Of a stretch of DNA of 32,000 nt, positions 1 through 9,240 are shown one piece after another. A program made the position numbers and the translations under genes. The notes beneath the pieces are model-generated. The model worked only from the letters and a program-made list of their open reading frames with translations, was not told the origin of the DNA and did not search any database. Position 1 is the stretch's first letter. Every line of letters starts with the position of its first letter. The DNA is taken from the NCBI RefSeq assembly GCF_000025685.1, contig NC_013967.1:360001-392000 (forward strand). Direction: 5' to 3'. This stretch comes from Haloferax volcanii DS2 (lineage in GTDB: Archaea > Halobacteriota > Halobacteria > Halobacteriales > Haloferacaceae).

Positions 1-1
1 C

Positions 2-1420
<1,419 letters not shown>

Positions 1421-1426
1421 CCCACC

Positions 1427-1432
1427 TTTTTT
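1427..1432 (+). terminator. oligo-T archaeal terminator signal after the NifU-like gene
   Basis: A tttttt run begins 7 nt after the TAA stop. A small hairpin, ggcaac-gtc-gttgcc, follows at about 1445-1459. Confidence 0.5.
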
Positions 1433-1485
1433 CGCGGGATCCTCGGCAACGTCGTTGCCTCGAACCCCGCCAAAAAATCTGGACC

Positions 1486-1518
1486 AAAAAAGGCGGCTAC
1501 TCCCTCCGGTCGTAGCCG
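1486..1518 (-). terminator. hairpin plus T-run (intrinsic-terminator-like) on the minus strand, downstream of FAU-1
   Basis: On the plus strand, cggctac (1494-1500) pairs with gtagccg (1512-1518) across an 11-nt loop. On the minus strand this stem is followed by cc + tttttt (plus-strand A6 at 1486-1491). A second T6 corresponds to plus-strand A6 at 1472-1477. Confidence 0.45.
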
Positions 1519-1645
1519 TACGGTTCCCTCCAACACTCGCACCCTGTTCCGCGGTTCTCAGTACGTATTTTCGACGACTCCCGCCACCACGACGTCTGAG
1601 TCCTCCCCGGCAACGACGACTGACCGTCTTCCGGAGTTGCGACGC

Positions 1646-3052
1646 CTACCCCGACAGCGCCGACTCCAGACTCGACGCCACCGACCGCGCCTTCTCGGCC
1701 AGTTCCTCGGAGATGTGGCCGGCCTCGACGGCCTCGTCGAGTTCGTCGTCGTCGACCCGCTCGACCGTCCCGTCGGCGTGTTTCACCACGTCCACGTGGA
1801 GGTCGACGTACCGAATCTGGTCGGGGAAGCACTCGACGGGCGTGCAGATGTTGACGTAGGTCCCCTTGACACCGCCGTCGGCGTCGCGGTACACCGTCGG
1901 GTACCACCAGCGCCCCTCGCGGAACTTCGTGACCGCCACGTCCCCGGACTCGCGGTCGACGCCGAGGGCGTCGTAGGTACCGCCGCCGGTCATGCCGCGC
2001 CGGAGTTCCACCGTTCCCTCGGGGTCGCGGTCCGTCACCTCGCCGGAGCCGAGCGTGATGAGCCGACCGTCCGGCTTCCCGTGGCCGATTTCCACGTCGT
2101 CGCCTTCCAGCGGGCCGAACTGCGCGGTCACCACACCGAAGGGGAACTCGCCGTCGCCGACCGACTCGCAGAGCGCCTCCGCGAGGTCGACGCCGGCGGA
2201 GGCCTTCTGCGAGGCGGCCTTCGTCCGGTGGTGGCCGGGCATCGTCGTCTCGACGGCCCGGCGCTGGGCGTCGAGTTCGAACCGGGTCTCGCGGCCGAAC
2301 CAGACCCACGTCGTCGCGGTGGGAGCCGCGACCGCCCGCGGGGCATCGACGGGTTCGGAGAGCGCGTCGTCGAGTTCCGCGGCCACTTCGGCGGCCCGGT
2401 CGAGCGCGTCGTTCAGGGCGCTCATGTCGGCGTCGACGGCGTCGCGGTGCCAGCGGATTCCCCAGCCCTCGGGCGGGTCACCGCCGAGCAGGTCCGACAT
2501 TCCCGCCAGTTCGCGGGCGGCGGCCTCGTCGCGGGTGTCGACGCGGACGCCCTCCGAATCGGGGTCGAGCGTCGCCAGCCCCGCGACGGCGCGGACCTCG
2601 CCGGTCAGTTCGGCGCGGCGGGAAGCCCACGGCGGGGCCGACTCCACGACCTGCACGCGGACCTCGTCACCGACCTCGACGCGGCCGTCGATGTCGCCGT
2701 ACGAGAGGTAGCCCTCGGTCTCACCGAGGTCGCAGACCGCGCCGCCGCCGAGGGTGTCAGTCACGCGGGCGTCGAACACCGCGCCGGTCGGCGCGGGGTC
2801 GTCCCACGCGAAGGTGTCGATGCCGAGGTCCGAGAGGCGCTCGGTGGCCGTTGCGACCGCCTCGGGCGCGCCGGTCGCGCCGACGCCCTGCCGGTTCCGC
2901 GTCGTCTCGACCGACACGTCGTGGTCCGACGAGTCGAACTCGGCGTCGAAGCGCTCACGAATCGGCCCGGACGCCTGCACCACGTCGTGGCCGTCGTCGA
3001 GGAAGACGCTCGTGAGCGCGGTGGCGTAGATGCCGCGGACGCGGACTCTCAT
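1646..3052 (-). CDS. fau-1: RNA-binding protein / probable ribonuclease FAU-1 (RNase E/G-like N-terminus, DUF402 C-terminus), 468 aa
   Basis: The real start is MRVRVRGIYATALTSVFLDDGHDVVQ (ATG at 3052). The upstream part of the 620-aa track ORF is Arg/Pro-rich junk. The C-terminus CFPDQIRYVDLHVDVVKHADGTVERVDDDELDEAV is DUF402-like. Confidence 0.8.
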   Translation of the reverse strand: MRVRVRGIYATALTSVFLDDGHDVVQASGPIRERFDAEFDSSDHDVSVETTRNRQGVGATGAPEAVATATERLSDLGIDTFAWDDPAPTGAVFDARVTDTLGGGAVCDLGETEGYLSYGDIDGRVEVGDEVRVQVVESAPPWASRRAELTGEVRAVAGLATLDPDSEGVRVDTRDEAAARELAGMSDLLGGDPPEGWGIRWHRDAVDADMSALNDALDRAAEVAAELDDALSEPVDAPRAVAAPTATTWVWFGRETRFELDAQRRAVETTMPGHHRTKAASQKASAGVDLAEALCESVGDGEFPFGVVTAQFGPLEGDDVEIGHGKPDGRLITLGSGEVTDRDPEGTVELRRGMTGGGTYDALGVDRESGDVAVTKFREGRWWYPTVYRDADGGVKGTYVNICTPVECFPDQIRYVDLHVDVVKHADGTVERVDDDELDEAVEAGHISEELAEKARSVASSLESALSG

Positions 3053-3447
3053 AGCTCGTCGGCGTCGCGGGCGAAGGTGACGCGGGCGTCGACCGTCGGG
3101 CCGAGGGTCAGTTCGACTTTCCCCTCCGAGAGCACGCGGCCGCCCTCGATGGGGACGCCCCACGAGTCGAACTTGAGGTAGCCCCGGAGCTCCGCGCCGT
3201 GGGTGTAGAGGTCGACGTGGTCGACGACGTGCTCCTGCACGTCGGTGGCGCTGTGGGCCATCTCCATGTCCGAGTAGACGGTGCCGCCGTCGCCGAAGAA
3301 CGCGGCGATGGCGTCTGCGTCCGATTCGACTGCGTCGCTCACGAGGTCCGACGCGGCCCGGAGGTCGTCGGTGTCGAGGCCGACCTCGCGGAGCGCCGCC
3401 TGTTCGCGGGGGTCGAAGTGCATACCCTCCCTTCGGAGCGGAGGCAT
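3049..3447 (-). CDS. conserved hypothetical acidic protein (about 124-132 aa), translationally coupled to fau-1
   Basis: Clean acidic halophile-type ORF. Its TGA overlaps the fau-1 ATG in an ATGA at 3049-3052. An alternative ATG at 3423 (MHFDPREQ) is possible. I recognise no domain. Confidence 0.55.
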   Translation of the reverse strand: MPPLRREGMHFDPREQAALREVGLDTDDLRAASDLVSDAVESDADAIAAFFGDGGTVYSDMEMAHSATDVQEHVVDHVDLYTHGAELRGYLKFDSWGVPIEGGRVLSEGKVELTLGPTVDARVTFARDADEL

Positions 3448-3560
3448 TAACGTCGTACGGTCGCCGGTCGCCAGCCATCCGACTGTCGACCCTCCGCCCC
3501 CATGTCACTGGGTGCCGTGGCCGAAGCTATTACCAGACGCAATACCCATTATGCCACGTA

Positions 3561-4598
3561 ATGGACCAGCAGGACCCAGTCGAGCAGGCGTCCGACGGCT
3601 CGGACGACCTCTACGACATCGCCACGTGGGAGGAACGAACCTCGGTTGACGGGCTGGCGGTCGCGCTCTACCGGCTGCTGGTCGCGTCGACGCGAGTGGT
3701 CGTCATCCTCGCCGCGCTGCTCATCCTCGTCGGTATCGGCGGCCTCTCGGCGCTCACCGACCCGCAGGTCGGCGCGCTCACCCTGCTTTCGGCGCTGCCG
3801 GCGCTCGCGCTCGCCGGCTACGTCTACTACTCCGACGTGACCCAAAACGAGCCGCTTTCGATGCTCGTGGTGACGTTCCTCCTCGGCGTCCTCACGGCCA
3901 CGTTCGCGGCGATTCTCAACTCGCTTCTGAGCAACGTCGGCCAGACCATCGCGGGCGAGTTCCAGCTGGCGCTCGGCTTCCTCGGCAGCGTCGTGTTCTA
4001 CTTTCTCGTCGTCGGGCCGGTCGAAGAGACCGTCAAGCTCCTCGCGGTCAGGCTGTACGCCTACTCTCACGACAGCTTCAACGCCGTCATCGACGGGGCC
4101 GTCTACGGCGCGATGGCCGGCCTCGGCTTCGCCACCATCGAAAACGCGCTGTATATCACTCGGAATCTCAGTTCTTCAGGGCTCGATGTGGGTTCCGGCG
4201 GCGTCGGCATCATCGCCGCCGGCGGGACGATTACCGCGGTCCGAGCGCTCGCCGGGCCGGGGCACGTCATCTACTCGGCCATCGCCGGCTACTACCTCGG
4301 CCTCGCCAAGTTCAACAAGGAGAACGCCGGCCCCATCGTCATCAAGGGCCTCATCCTCGCGGCGCTGGTCCACGCGACGTACAACTCGACGGTCGGCCTC
4401 GGCTCGACCGTCATCGCGGGGATAACCGGCCTCGGCGGTCTCGCGGCCTTCCTCGTCTACGTCATCATCTACGACGGCGTCTTCGGGCTCTACCTCATCG
4501 GGAAGCTCCGCCGGTACAGTCAGGCCTACCACAGCGCCCACGCGTCCGGTCCGAGCGCGGCGTCGTTCAGCTCGGAGCGAACCGAGTTCGAGGACTGA
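3561..4598 (+). CDS. PrsW-family intramembrane glutamic/metalloprotease (345 aa, multi-TM)
   Basis: Multiple hydrophobic helices. PrsW signature motifs are present: VGPVEETVKLLAV (EExxK), GFATIENALY, and LVHATYNS (HxxxN). Confidence 0.75.
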   Translation: MDQQDPVEQASDGSDDLYDIATWEERTSVDGLAVALYRLLVASTRVVVILAALLILVGIGGLSALTDPQVGALTLLSALPALALAGYVYYSDVTQNEPLSMLVVTFLLGVLTATFAAILNSLLSNVGQTIAGEFQLALGFLGSVVFYFLVVGPVEETVKLLAVRLYAYSHDSFNAVIDGAVYGAMAGLGFATIENALYITRNLSSSGLDVGSGGVGIIAAGGTITAVRALAGPGHVIYSAIAGYYLGLAKFNKENAGPIVIKGLILAALVHATYNSTVGLGSTVIAGITGLGGLAAFLVYVIIYDGVFGLYLIGKLRRYSQAYHSAHASGPSAASFSSERTEFED

Positions 4599-4648
4599 AG
4601 CGAGGCGGCGACGGCGCGGGAACGTACGAAACGAAAGAACCGGCCGCC

Positions 4649-5260
4649 CTACTCGACGACCAACCGCTCGGCGTAGCCGTCGAGCATCGATTCGACGTAC
4701 TTCGCCACCACGTCCACCTCGACGTGAATCGGATCACCGACCGCCTTTTCGGAGAGCGTCGTCAGGTCGTAGGTCGTCGGGATGATGGCCACGGCGAAGG
4801 TGCCTTCGCGGCGGTCCGCCACGGTGAGGCTGATGCCGTCGAGACAGACCGAGCCCTTCTGGACGACGTAGTTCGCCAGCGACTCGGGGAGGTCGAACTC
4901 GAAGAACCAGTCGTCGCCGACGCGTTCGACGTTCGTGACCGTCGTCGTCCCGTCGACGTGGCCCTGCACGATGTGGCCGTCGAAGCGGTCGTCGGCCGCG
5001 AGGGCGCGTTCGAGGTTGACGCGGTCGCCTTCGACCGCATCACCGAGGTAGGTCTTCTCGATGGTTTCGGCCGCGAGGAACACCTCGAACCAGTCGTCAC
5101 CGAACGCCTCGACGGTCAGGCAGACGCCCGAGACCGCGATTGACTGGCCGTGGTGGAGGTCGTCGAACGCGAGGTCGGTTCGGATACGGAGGCGGCGACC
5201 GCCGTCGGTGTCGGTCACAGCGACGATTTCGCCCGGACCCTCCACGATTCCCGTGAACAT
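4649..5260 (-). CDS. ribE: riboflavin synthase alpha chain (eubacterial type), 203 aa
   Basis: MFTGIVEGPGEIV at the N-terminus. Internal duplication with GQSIAVSGVCLTV and GSVCLDGISLTV lumazine-binding repeats. Confidence 0.9.
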   Translation of the reverse strand: MFTGIVEGPGEIVAVTDTDGGRRLRIRTDLAFDDLHHGQSIAVSGVCLTVEAFGDDWFEVFLAAETIEKTYLGDAVEGDRVNLERALAADDRFDGHIVQGHVDGTTTVTNVERVGDDWFFEFDLPESLANYVVQKGSVCLDGISLTVADRREGTFAVAIIPTTYDLTTLSEKAVGDPIHVEVDVVAKYVESMLDGYAERLVVE

Positions 5261-5369
5261 ACCCGCGGCTTCGGTCGGGTGCAGTTAATGCCTATCGTTT
5301 CCGTTCTTCATCACGTTTTCGTGACTCTTTCGCCCATACAATTTTACCGTCATCGTCCGGAGAGTCGGT

Positions 5370-5955
5370 ATGGACGTTCTGGCCCGACTGCGGAGCAGTT
5401 TCGTCACCGGCCTCATTCTCGTGACCCCGCTGGCCGTGACCGTGTTCGTCCTCCAGTTCGCGTTCAACCGCATCACCGCCGCGCTCCGCCCGGTCGTCCG
5501 TGAAGTGACGCCCTTCCTCGCCGGGGCGCTCAACTACTCCGGCGACATCGTCTTCATCTCGCAGGTGCTGTCGGCGCTCACCATCGCCGTGGCCATCTCG
5601 CTTCTCGGCTACCTCGCGTCGATGAGCCTCGGTCAGCGGCTCTTCGGGAGCTTCGAGCGCGGCGTTCGGCTCCTGCCGCTCGTCCGCACCATCTACTTCG
5701 GCGTCCGGCAGGTGTCGGAGTCGCTCACCGAACCCGACCGCCGGGGCGCTCGTCATGGTCTCGGCCGACGAGATTCGCGAACTCGACATGCCGGTCCGCC
5801 GCGGTCTCCGGCTGCTCGTCACCACGGGGCTGAGCGTCGACGACCCCGAGACGCTCCCCTCCGGCCCCGCGGGGTACGACCCCTCGAACGGCGAGGACGG
5901 CGTCCGGGCGGAGACTGACCAGCGTCGCAGCGCGGGCGAGAGCCGGGCCGAGTGA
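5370..5955 (+). pseudogene. DUF502-family membrane protein disrupted by an internal deletion and frame change
   Basis: The N-terminal 119 aa (frame 3, ending LPLVRTIYFGVRQVSESL) are DUF502-like. From about 5725 the homologous continuation SPNPTAGALVMVSADEIRELDMPVRRGLRLLVTTGL is in frame 1. The span of 586 nt is not a multiple of 3. The conserved middle block (YPR..G..GFVT) is absent. Confidence 0.7.
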
Positions 5956-5956
5956 G

Positions 5957-7695
5957 TTACACGCCCCAGATGAGGGCGATGCCGGCGGTCGTGACGACCG
6001 CGAGCAGGAGTTGGAGCGGCGCGCCCACGCGGAGGTAGTCGGTGAATCGGTAGCCGCCCGGCCCGTACACCATGAGGTTCGTCTGGTAGCCGATGGGCGT
6101 CATGAAGGCCGTGCTCCCGCCGAACGTGACCGCGAGCGCGAAGCCGAAGGGGTCGGCACCGAGGCCGAACGCGGTGTCGATGGCGACCGGGAGCAGGAGG
6201 ACGACGCTCGCGACCGGGGTGATGACGTTCGCTAGCAGCCCCGTGAGCAGGTAGAACGCGGCGACCACGGCGATGACGGGCAGGTAGGTCGCGGCGACGC
6301 CGACGAACTCAGAGATGAGCGCGACGCCGCCGGTCAGTTGGAGCGCCCGGCCGAGCGGGATGACGCCCGCCAGCAGGAAGATGACGTTCCAGCTCACCGC
6401 GTCGTAGGCGTCGCTCGCGGACAGACAGCCGAGCGAGACCATCGCGGCGACGCCGCCGAGCGCGGCGATGGCGATGGGGACGACGCCGAGCGCGGCCAGC
6501 CCGATGACCGCCGCGACGACGGCGAACGCCCGGAACGCCGTGGGCGACAGCCCGCCGTTGTCCTCGATGAACTCGTCTGCGACCTCGCTCGTCACGACGA
6601 AGTCGCCGCTGTCGCGGAGATACCGCGCCGGCGGACCGCGAGCACGGTCGCGTCGTACCGCTCGCGGAGTCGCGCGCCGCCGACGGTCTCGCCGACGAGG
6701 CCGGATTCTCGGGGGACGACGAGTTCGACGAGCGCCACGCGGTCGGGTCGGTCGAGTTCGGCGTCGGTGACCGACGCCCGCGGGAGAGATCGCAGGCCCG
6801 CGAGGTCGCAGAAGCGCCGAATCGTCGCCGGGTCGCCCCGGACGGTCAGGATGTCGCGGGCGGCCACCTCGCGGTCGGAGTCGGCCGCGATGAAGTGTTC
6901 GCCGCCGCGGAGCACGTCGAGGATGTCCACGTTGAGGTCGCGGTAGGTGTCGTCCGACACCTCGCCCGCGGGGATGCCGACGAGCGGCGACCGCGCGGGG
7001 ACGAGCACGCGGGCGAGAAACGGCTCGACGCCGTAGTTGCCGGTTCGGTTCCCGGGCTCGATTCGCTCGGGGAGGAGCCGCGGCGCGACCGCAAGCAGGT
7101 AGCCCGCGCCGACGACGAACACGAGCGCCCCGAGCGGCGTGAACGTGAACATCGAAAACGGCGGCAGTCCGGTGGCCTCGGCGTAGGCCTCGCTGGCGAC
7201 GAGGTTCGTCGCCGTCCCGACGAGCGTGAGCGTGCCGCCGAGCATCGAGGCGTACGAGAGGGGAATGAGGAGCTTCGACGGCGAGACGTTCGCCTGGTCC
7301 GCGAGGTCCGACACCATCGGCACGAACACCGCCACGACCGGCGTGTTGTTGACGACGCCCGCGATGGGGCCGGTGAGGCCGACGACCGCGGCGAGCAGTC
7401 GGCTCTCGCTGCCGTTCGTGAACGAGGCGACCGCGTCGCCGAGGACGCGAATCGCGCCGGTCTGTCGAACCCCCTCGCTGAGGGCGTACATCGAGAGGAT
7501 GGTAATCGTCGCGGCGCTCGAAAACCCCGACAGCCCCGTCTGGAGGCCGACTCGCGTCCACGGTTCGAGGACGACCAGCGCGACGATGACGCCGATGGCC
7601 GTCACGTCCGTCGGGGCCGCCTCCGTCACGAACAGCGCCATCGTGACGACGACGAGGGCGAAGACGACGAGCATTCCGGACGTGACGGCGACCAT
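5957..7695 (-). pseudogene. DASS/SLC13-type (ArsB/NhaD superfamily) anion transporter with two TrkA-C (RCK_C) domains, frameshifted
   Basis: The N-terminal half (7695->6592 ORF) contains TM helices and TrkA-C-like segments. The C-terminal TM half (YLRDSGDFVVTSEV...MTPIGYQTNLMVYGPGGYRFTDYL) is in another frame down to 5957. The frame switch maps to 6623-6633. Total length is 1739 nt (3n+2). Confidence 0.7.
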
Positions 7696-7842
7696 GCGGG
7701 CAGTCGACTCGGCGGCGGCTTAATGCTACCCCGCGCGACTGTCGGCCGCGGCGACGGGTCGCTTGCCGCCGGCGTCCCATCGGCGCTCGCGCTCACTCGC
7801 TGGGCGCGACGCTTTTAGTCGCCCGCGGTGTAGCCTCGGGCG

Positions 7843-8085
7843 ATGCGACTCGGAATCATGGAGATGGTCGGTCTCGCGGCGACCCTCATCTTCGCCATCC
7901 CCGTCGGCGGCTTCGGCCTCACGCTCCTCGCCGACGGGCGGACCGCCTTCGGCGGCGCGATGCTCCTTCTCGCGGTGCTCATGGTCGCGCTCCCGAAGTT
8001 CCTCACCATGCCGCAGGACCTCCCCTCGCTCGCGGCCGAGAAAGTCGTCGGCGGCGTTGCGAAAGAGCCGGACAACGAGGAATAA
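7843..8085 (+). CDS. small two-TM membrane protein (80 aa), function unknown
   Basis: Two hydrophobic helices (LAATLIFAIPVGGFGLTLL and GGAMLLLAVLMVAL) and an acidic tail. TATA-like 'cttttag' lies about 30 nt upstream of the ATG. Confidence 0.55.
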   Translation: MRLGIMEMVGLAATLIFAIPVGGFGLTLLADGRTAFGGAMLLLAVLMVALPKFLTMPQDLPSLAAEKVVGGVAKEPDNEE

Positions 8086-9234
8086 CTACCAGCGACTCGG
8101 GTCGAGACCGGTCGGCGCGCCGCCGAGCAGCCGCGGGCCGTCGTCACCGACGACCAACACGTCGGTCAGTTCGACTCGCCCGTGGTCCGCGTGCGTGACC
8201 GCGGCGCGGACGCGCAGGACGTTGCCGGCGACGAGTTCTCTGTCGCCGTCGAGCGGCGGGTCCTCCCGGGCCGCGAGGCCGATGCCGCCGCCCACGTCTC
8301 TCGTCACCTCGTCGGCCATCGAGAAGCCGAACGCGGCGGTCTCCGCCCGGAGTTCGCTCCCGAGGAAGCCGGCGTCGTCGCCGGGGTCGGCCTCGGCCAG
8401 ACTGACTTTTCTGGCGGCGTCGCAGGCGACGTGCGCCCGGCGCTCCCACCCGCCGTCGGGGTCGACGACGAACGTGCGAGCCAGCGCGCCGCGGTAGCCG
8501 GTCGGTCCGCGCGGGCCGACCGAGACGACGATGGGTTCGCCCGGTCGGAGTTCGACCGGCTCGCCCCCGCCCCCGTCGCCTCGGGGTCCCGCGCGAACCG
8601 TCGTCGCGCCCGCGGCATCGACGCCCTCGGCCGCGAGCGTCGCGTTCACCTGCCGGCGGAGTCGCTCGGTCGACAGCGGTGCGCCGTCCCAGTGGAGGAC
8701 GGACTGTTCGTCGTCGCCGTTGTCGTCGCCGTCGTCAGCTTCCTCGACCGTCGCCGCCGACAGTATCGCGGCGGCGCGCCCGACGCCGCGAGTCGCCGCG
8801 CGCTGAGCGGCCTCGATGGCGTCGCGCTCGGCGTCGTCTTTCACGGCGCGGGCGGCTTCGACCGCCGGGGTCGACGCGAGGTCGTAGCCCGCCGATTCGA
8901 GGTGGAGCGCGGCGTCGTGCGGAACCGTCCGCGGCGCGAGGACGGTCCCGTCGGAAGCGCCGTGTTCCGCGAGGACGGCCGCGGCGGCCGTCCCCGGCGG
9001 CCTGTCGTCGACGCGGACCGAGGCGACCGGGAGCGACGGCGGTTCGACGGTCGAGGGGACTCGGAGATGCGTCTCGCCGTCAACGCGGACGAACACGAGG
9101 TCGCAGTCGAACTCGCGGCCGGTGAGGTAGCGACTCGTCGGGTCGGCACCGCGGGAGACGGCGACGAAGCCGACGGCGTCTCGCTCGGACACGGCGGCGT
9201 CGATGGCGTCGCCGCCGCGCGGACTCCACCGCAC
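8086..9234 (-). CDS. M24-fold (creatinase/prolidase-like) protein, probably catalytically degenerate, 382 aa
   Basis: Pita-bread C-terminal domain pattern (GYRGALARTFVV, GGGIGLAAREDPPL, GRVELTDVLVV). GTG start at 9234 lies 6 nt after the helicase stop. By-eye alignment suggests 4 of 5 M24 metal ligands are substituted. Confidence 0.65.
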   Translation of the reverse strand: MRWSPRGGDAIDAAVSERDAVGFVAVSRGADPTSRYLTGREFDCDLVFVRVDGETHLRVPSTVEPPSLPVASVRVDDRPPGTAAAAVLAEHGASDGTVLAPRTVPHDAALHLESAGYDLASTPAVEAARAVKDDAERDAIEAAQRAATRGVGRAAAILSAATVEEADDGDDNGDDEQSVLHWDGAPLSTERLRRQVNATLAAEGVDAAGATTVRAGPRGDGGGGEPVELRPGEPIVVSVGPRGPTGYRGALARTFVVDPDGGWERRAHVACDAARKVSLAEADPGDDAGFLGSELRAETAAFGFSMADEVTRDVGGGIGLAAREDPPLDGDRELVAGNVLRVRAAVTHADHGRVELTDVLVVGDDGPRLLGGAPTGLDPSRW

Positions 9235-9240
9235 GGGACG

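Noticed and set aside
1646-3508. N-terminal extensions of track ORFs (620-aa FAU-1 ORF; 25608-26615 archaemetzincin; 15692-17716 MCP; 5957-7780 transporter; 31096-31482 Sec61beta)
   Set aside because: The extended parts are Arg/Pro-rich junk that overlaps neighbouring genes or promoters. Internal ATGs give proteins matching the expected family N-termini and lengths.
6592-6660. Programmed ribosomal frameshift as an explanation for the split transporter
   Set aside because: There is no slippery heptamer, only a G/C-only run, and no obvious downstream stimulatory structure. An indel or sequencing error is more parsimonious.
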